A stretch of DNA of 32,000 nt from Candidatus Midichloria mitochondrii IricVA (GTDB lineage: Bacteria; Pseudomonadota; Alphaproteobacteria; Rickettsiales; Midichloriaceae): positions 570,001 through 602,000 of the forward strand of contig NC_015722.1 in NCBI RefSeq assembly GCF_000219355.1. The letters are read 5' to 3'. The translations under genes and the position numbers were made by a program. How positions within the stretch are numbered: position 1 is the stretch's first letter; each line of letters begins with the position of its first letter. Below the pieces are notes generated by a model. It saw only the letters and a list, made by a program, of their open reading frames with translations. It had not been told where the DNA came from and searched no databases. Below are positions 28,255 through 32,000 of the stretch, in pieces.

Positions 28255-30798
28255 TTACCAAGACTTACCTATGGATACACCCACCTTAAGCGGGGCCGAT
28301 AATTGCACCGCATTCTCCATGATACTCACTATTTCTTGAGTACACATTTCAGCTTTAGCTTCTGGTACATCGAAAAGCAATTCATCATGTATCTGTAATA
28401 CCAAATACCTGGATAAGTGCTCCGGCAACATTACCATCGCTTTTTTAATTATGTCAGCTGCACTACCTTGCAAAGGAGCATTTATTGCCGCCCGTTCTGC
28501 AAACGATCTTACAGTATAGTTACTGCTGTTTATTCCCTCTATAGAGCACCTTCTTTTAAAAATTGTTTCAACGAAGTTGTTTGCTTTTACAAAATCTAAT
28601 ATTTTTTTCATGTATTCCCGGATTCCAGGATAACGTAGGAAATAGTTCTCTATATATTTCTTTGCCTCGCGTTGAGGAATTCCTATATTTTTTGCTAATC
28701 CAAAAGGACTAATACCGTATATAATACCAAAATTTATTCCTTTTGCTTTTCTACGTAAATCGCTGTCAACATTTTGAATCGGCACTCCAAATATTTCACT
28801 TGCAGTGACTGCATGAATATCTTTGTTATATAAAAACGCCTCTTTCAACTGTTTTACATCTGCAAAATGTGCAAGTAGCCTTAATTCTATTTGAGAATAG
28901 TCAGCAGAGATTAACACATTACCCTTTGAAGCAACAAATGCTTTACGGATCCTCCTTCCCTCCTCGGTCCTGACCGGTATATTTTGTAAATTTGGATTAC
29001 GCGAAGACAGCCTCCCAGTTGTCGTGGTATTCATCTCAAAGGTAGTGTGTATGCGGGCAGTATTCGGATCAATACTTTTTTGTAAAGCCTCAGTATAGGT
29101 ATTAACCAGTTTAGTTAAATGCCTCCATTCTAATATCAATGAAGCAATTTCATCTCCTTGTAAGGCTAGAGCTTCTAAAACATCACTATCAGTAGAATAA
29201 TTTCCAGATTTGCTAGATTTCTTACTCTTCGTTACAAGCTTTAATTTCTCAAACAAAATTTCGCCAAGCTGCTTAGTAGAACCAATATTAAATTCTTGAT
29301 TTGCCATTTTATAAATAGAATCCGCAATTACTTTTGCCCTACCATTTAAATCAAGAGAAATTTCGTCTAAAACCTGTTTATCAACCAATACCCCCATGCT
29401 TTCCATATCGCTTAATACCTTAATTAAAGGCTTTTCTAGCTTTTCGTAAAGACTAAGTATTTTAAGATTAATCAACTCATCTTTTAATTCAGCATAACAC
29501 CCAATCATTCCAAAAGCATCAAAGCAACTCTCTGAAATTAAGCTGACCAAGTCTTTATATTGATTCTTAGTACTAATAGAGTAGGACATAATCGCCAAAT
29601 CTTCGAACGCAACTATCCTTATAGAAAGCTTATACAGAATTTTAATAAATAATTTTGCGTCAAATAATATTTTTGTTATGCTGTCAGATTCAAAAATTGG
29701 TTTTAAAAATGTTAATATATCGTTTAAATGAGTCATATGCTGAACATCAAAAAGATTCTTTTGTGCGGTATCTTCATAATCTATTATGAAATTCAGCTCA
29801 TTTGTCGCTAAAAAAAATTCCTTATCGTTAAAATAGCAAGCTATAATCCCGCCTTTTTCTATTTTTCTTAGCAGCTCTTCTTTAAAATCGCTTTTATTAA
29901 TTTTTTTTAGCTCAATTTTTTCATAACCAAGAGAATGGCTTTCGGTAGCAATTATTGCATATTTTGCAATTAATGATTTAAAGCCAAATTTCCTAGCAAA
30001 ACTAACTAGATGCTCGGGATCAGGCTGCTGGGTTCTCATTTCTTCTAAATTTAAATTAGTACTAATATCCGTTTTCAGAGTGACTAAATTCCTGGACAAA
30101 ATAGCCTGTTCTTGGTTATCAATTAATAACCGTTTTATTCTTACAGATTTTATAGAGTCTATATTTTTATAAATTTCATCCAAGGAACCATACTCTTTGA
30201 GTAAATCTGCTGCAGTTTTTGGACCAATACCAGGAATCCCTGGAATATTATCGCTAGTATCCCCAATTAATGCTAAAGCATCGGTTAGTTGCTTAGGGCC
30301 AATGCCAAATTTCTTTTCTATATCCTCTTCAATAATAGGCTTATTTTTTATAGGATCATGCATATAAATTCTACTGTAAGATAAAAGTTGCATTAAATCT
30401 TTATCCGAGCTAATTATAGTTACATCATTCCCTAGCTTTACAGCTTTTACAGCATATGTAGCGATAAGATCATCAGCCTCATGACCATCGACTCCAACAA
30501 TCGTAATATTCAGAGCCTGTAATGCTTCTCTTATAATTGGAAACTGCACTTTTAAATCATCTGGAAGAGTTGGTCTATTTGCTTTATATTCAGGGAACAA
30601 TTCATGTCGATGATTTTTGCTACCGCTATCTAACACCACAGCAATCATATCAGCTTTATGGGAATCGCATAACTTTATCATCATGTTAACAAAACCATAC
30701 ACCGCAGAAATCGGAGTCCCATCAGGACTAGATAATGGGGGGAGCGAATGATATGCTCTAAAAACGAATCCATAGCCATCAACCAAATATAAATGCAT
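28255..30798 (-). CDS. polA: DNA polymerase I
   Basis: 847 aa. It has the 5' nuclease N-terminus (LVDGYGFVFRAYHS) and polymerase motifs A (DYSQIELRLLAH), B (RRKAKGINFGIIYG) and C (VLQIHDELLF). Confidence 0.95.
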   Translation of the reverse strand: MHLYLVDGYGFVFRAYHSLPPLSSPDGTPISAVYGFVNMMIKLCDSHKADMIAVVLDSGSKNHRHELFPEYKANRPTLPDDLKVQFPIIREALQALNITIVGVDGHEADDLIATYAVKAVKLGNDVTIISSDKDLMQLLSYSRIYMHDPIKNKPIIEEDIEKKFGIGPKQLTDALALIGDTSDNIPGIPGIGPKTAADLLKEYGSLDEIYKNIDSIKSVRIKRLLIDNQEQAILSRNLVTLKTDISTNLNLEEMRTQQPDPEHLVSFARKFGFKSLIAKYAIIATESHSLGYEKIELKKINKSDFKEELLRKIEKGGIIACYFNDKEFFLATNELNFIIDYEDTAQKNLFDVQHMTHLNDILTFLKPIFESDSITKILFDAKLFIKILYKLSIRIVAFEDLAIMSYSISTKNQYKDLVSLISESCFDAFGMIGCYAELKDELINLKILSLYEKLEKPLIKVLSDMESMGVLVDKQVLDEISLDLNGRAKVIADSIYKMANQEFNIGSTKQLGEILFEKLKLVTKSKKSSKSGNYSTDSDVLEALALQGDEIASLILEWRHLTKLVNTYTEALQKSIDPNTARIHTTFEMNTTTTGRLSSRNPNLQNIPVRTEEGRRIRKAFVASKGNVLISADYSQIELRLLAHFADVKQLKEAFLYNKDIHAVTASEIFGVPIQNVDSDLRRKAKGINFGIIYGISPFGLAKNIGIPQREAKKYIENYFLRYPGIREYMKKILDFVKANNFVETIFKRRCSIEGINSSNYTVRSFAERAAINAPLQGSAADIIKKAMVMLPEHLSRYLVLQIHDELLFDVPEAKAEMCTQEIVSIMENAVQLSAPLKVGVSIGKSW

Positions 30799-30892
30799 AA
30801 TAAACTCTCTTCAGCGATTAAATTTTCTTGGCTTCACACAAAAAACTGATATCCTTTATACAGCATGTTTAATGAAATGTAACGAACCAATT

Positions 30893-32000
30893 ATGTCACA
30901 TACTATAGGGTCTTTTTTAGAAGAGATCTGCAAAATTATTCCTGAAAAAAATACACGTAAATTCTGTAAAGCACTATATAGTGATGTCCCTTTAGATGCT
31001 ATATCTTTAATTAATACTCATGACCTAGCTGAAGCATGCATTTCTATATTTGAGTCATTACAATATAGATCTCATCATTCTACTAATATCAATTTCACTA
31101 AGTTACAAAAAAACCCTGATTTAGTAGTATTAGAAATCATAACAAAAGAAGTTCCTTTTTTAGTAGAGTCACTTAGCAACGAGTTAAAAAAACAGGGTAT
31201 TACAATACATTTGATAGTACATCCTACCATACCTATTGAAAGAAAAAAAAGTGGAGAGTTAATTGAAGTTGGAAAAAGTAAAGCTGATAAAGAATCAGTA
31301 ATGCAATTTTTTGTTTCTAATCAATTTAGTGACGATTACTACAATAAATTGAAAAGCGGACTAAAAAATGTGATCGAATGTGTGGAGGTGGTCGTAGAAG
31401 ATTGGCAAGCCATGCAACAGCAAATGAAAGGAGCGATTAAGAATATTACGGCCAAGAATTGGTACCAAGCGACCGCTCCAGAAAAAAAAGAGTCGATCCA
31501 GTTTTTAGAGTGGTTACTAGATAACCATTTTATTTTTTTGGGAAGCGTAGTAGTAAACTATGAGTCGGGGCGCTCAATCATAGATCCAGATAATAATCTA
31601 GGAATGACTAAATCTGACCTTTATAGAAACGAAATCACTGAAACAGAAATCGATGATGACTATGAGAATGTAATTTTCATCAAAAAATCCAACAGCCGTT
31701 CTATAGTTCATAGAGATTCATATATGGATTGCATTCAAATTAAACAATTTGATAAGCAAGACAAATGTGTATCGGTCATTGTTTTTATAGGCTTCTTTAC
31801 CTCCTCCGTACACAAAGAGAGCGTAAGAAATATACCATTGATTAGAAATAAAATTAATAATGTCTTAAGTAGGTATGGCTATAATGCAGATAGCTATAAT
31901 GCTAAAGAATTAGTTAGCGTTATGGAAGATTTTTCTCGTAGCGACCTAGTACAAATGAGTGAAGATGAGCTGTTTGAAATTTCAACCGGCATGGTTTCGC
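30893..32000 (+). CDS. gdh: NAD-specific glutamate dehydrogenase, large (about 1600 aa) bacterial type, 5' partial in window
   Basis: Not in the ORF track because it has no stop in the window. It is open from ATG 30893 (MSHTIGSFLEEICK..) to the window end. FLEWLLDNHFIFLG and the overall N-terminal layout resemble the Bac_GDH family. This call is from memory. Confidence 0.6.
   Translation, partial: MSHTIGSFLEEICKIIPEKNTRKFCKALYSDVPLDAISLINTHDLAEACISIFESLQYRSHHSTNINFTKLQKNPDLVVLEIITKEVPFLVESLSNELKKQGITIHLIVHPTIPIERKKSGELIEVGKSKADKESVMQFFVSNQFSDDYYNKLKSGLKNVIECVEVVVEDWQAMQQQMKGAIKNITAKNWYQATAPEKKESIQFLEWLLDNHFIFLGSVVVNYESGRSIIDPDNNLGMTKSDLYRNEITETEIDDDYENVIFIKKSNSRSIVHRDSYMDCIQIKQFDKQDKCVSVIVFIGFFTSSVHKESVRNIPLIRNKINNVLSRYGYNADSYNAKELVSVMEDFSRSDLVQMSEDELFEISTGMVS

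Overview
AT-rich window. The gene content looks like an obligate intracellular alphaproteobacterium (Rickettsiales/Holosporales-like); this is a guess from gene content only, since no search was possible. Conserved housekeeping blocks are thyX-hemC, spoT/rsh, a PAP2-EamA-esterase-ftsW run, glmS, tRNA-Gly/tRNA-Ala, and qor-M16 peptidase-CNNM/TlyC-like-trhO-ppa-polA with a divergent large NAD-GDH. Three decay/accessory patches interrupt them. (i) 5.4-7.3 kb: a secreted GH5-like protein plus an IS982-family remnant. (ii) 11.3-17.1 kb: a frameshifted Na+/solute symporter, a shattered TPR gene, IS982 and IS1-like fragments, and FG-GAP repeat gene debris. (iii) 19.05-23.3 kb: a compact minus-strand run of two orphan ORFs and a frameshifted small gene next to the tRNA pair, followed by a dead IS630 element, a 74-aa Dam methylase stump with a perfect 36-bp palindrome at its 5' end, and a third IS982 remnant. 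The main recurring signal is five reading-frame breaks in four otherwise conserved genes (spoT, glmS, trhO twice, and a small DUF1640-like gene). Each is a single-nucleotide length change in an A/T homopolymer, and each gene returns to one ORF of a length divisible by 3 when that one base is corrected. I do not see an intact, convincing novel multi-gene system. The best candidates for unexplored biology are the GH5-like protein lacking both catalytic glutamates, the orphan gene run at 19.05-19.9 kb, the operator-like palindrome, and the unrecognised membrane protein at the window start. All family calls rest on motif recognition by eye, not on searches.
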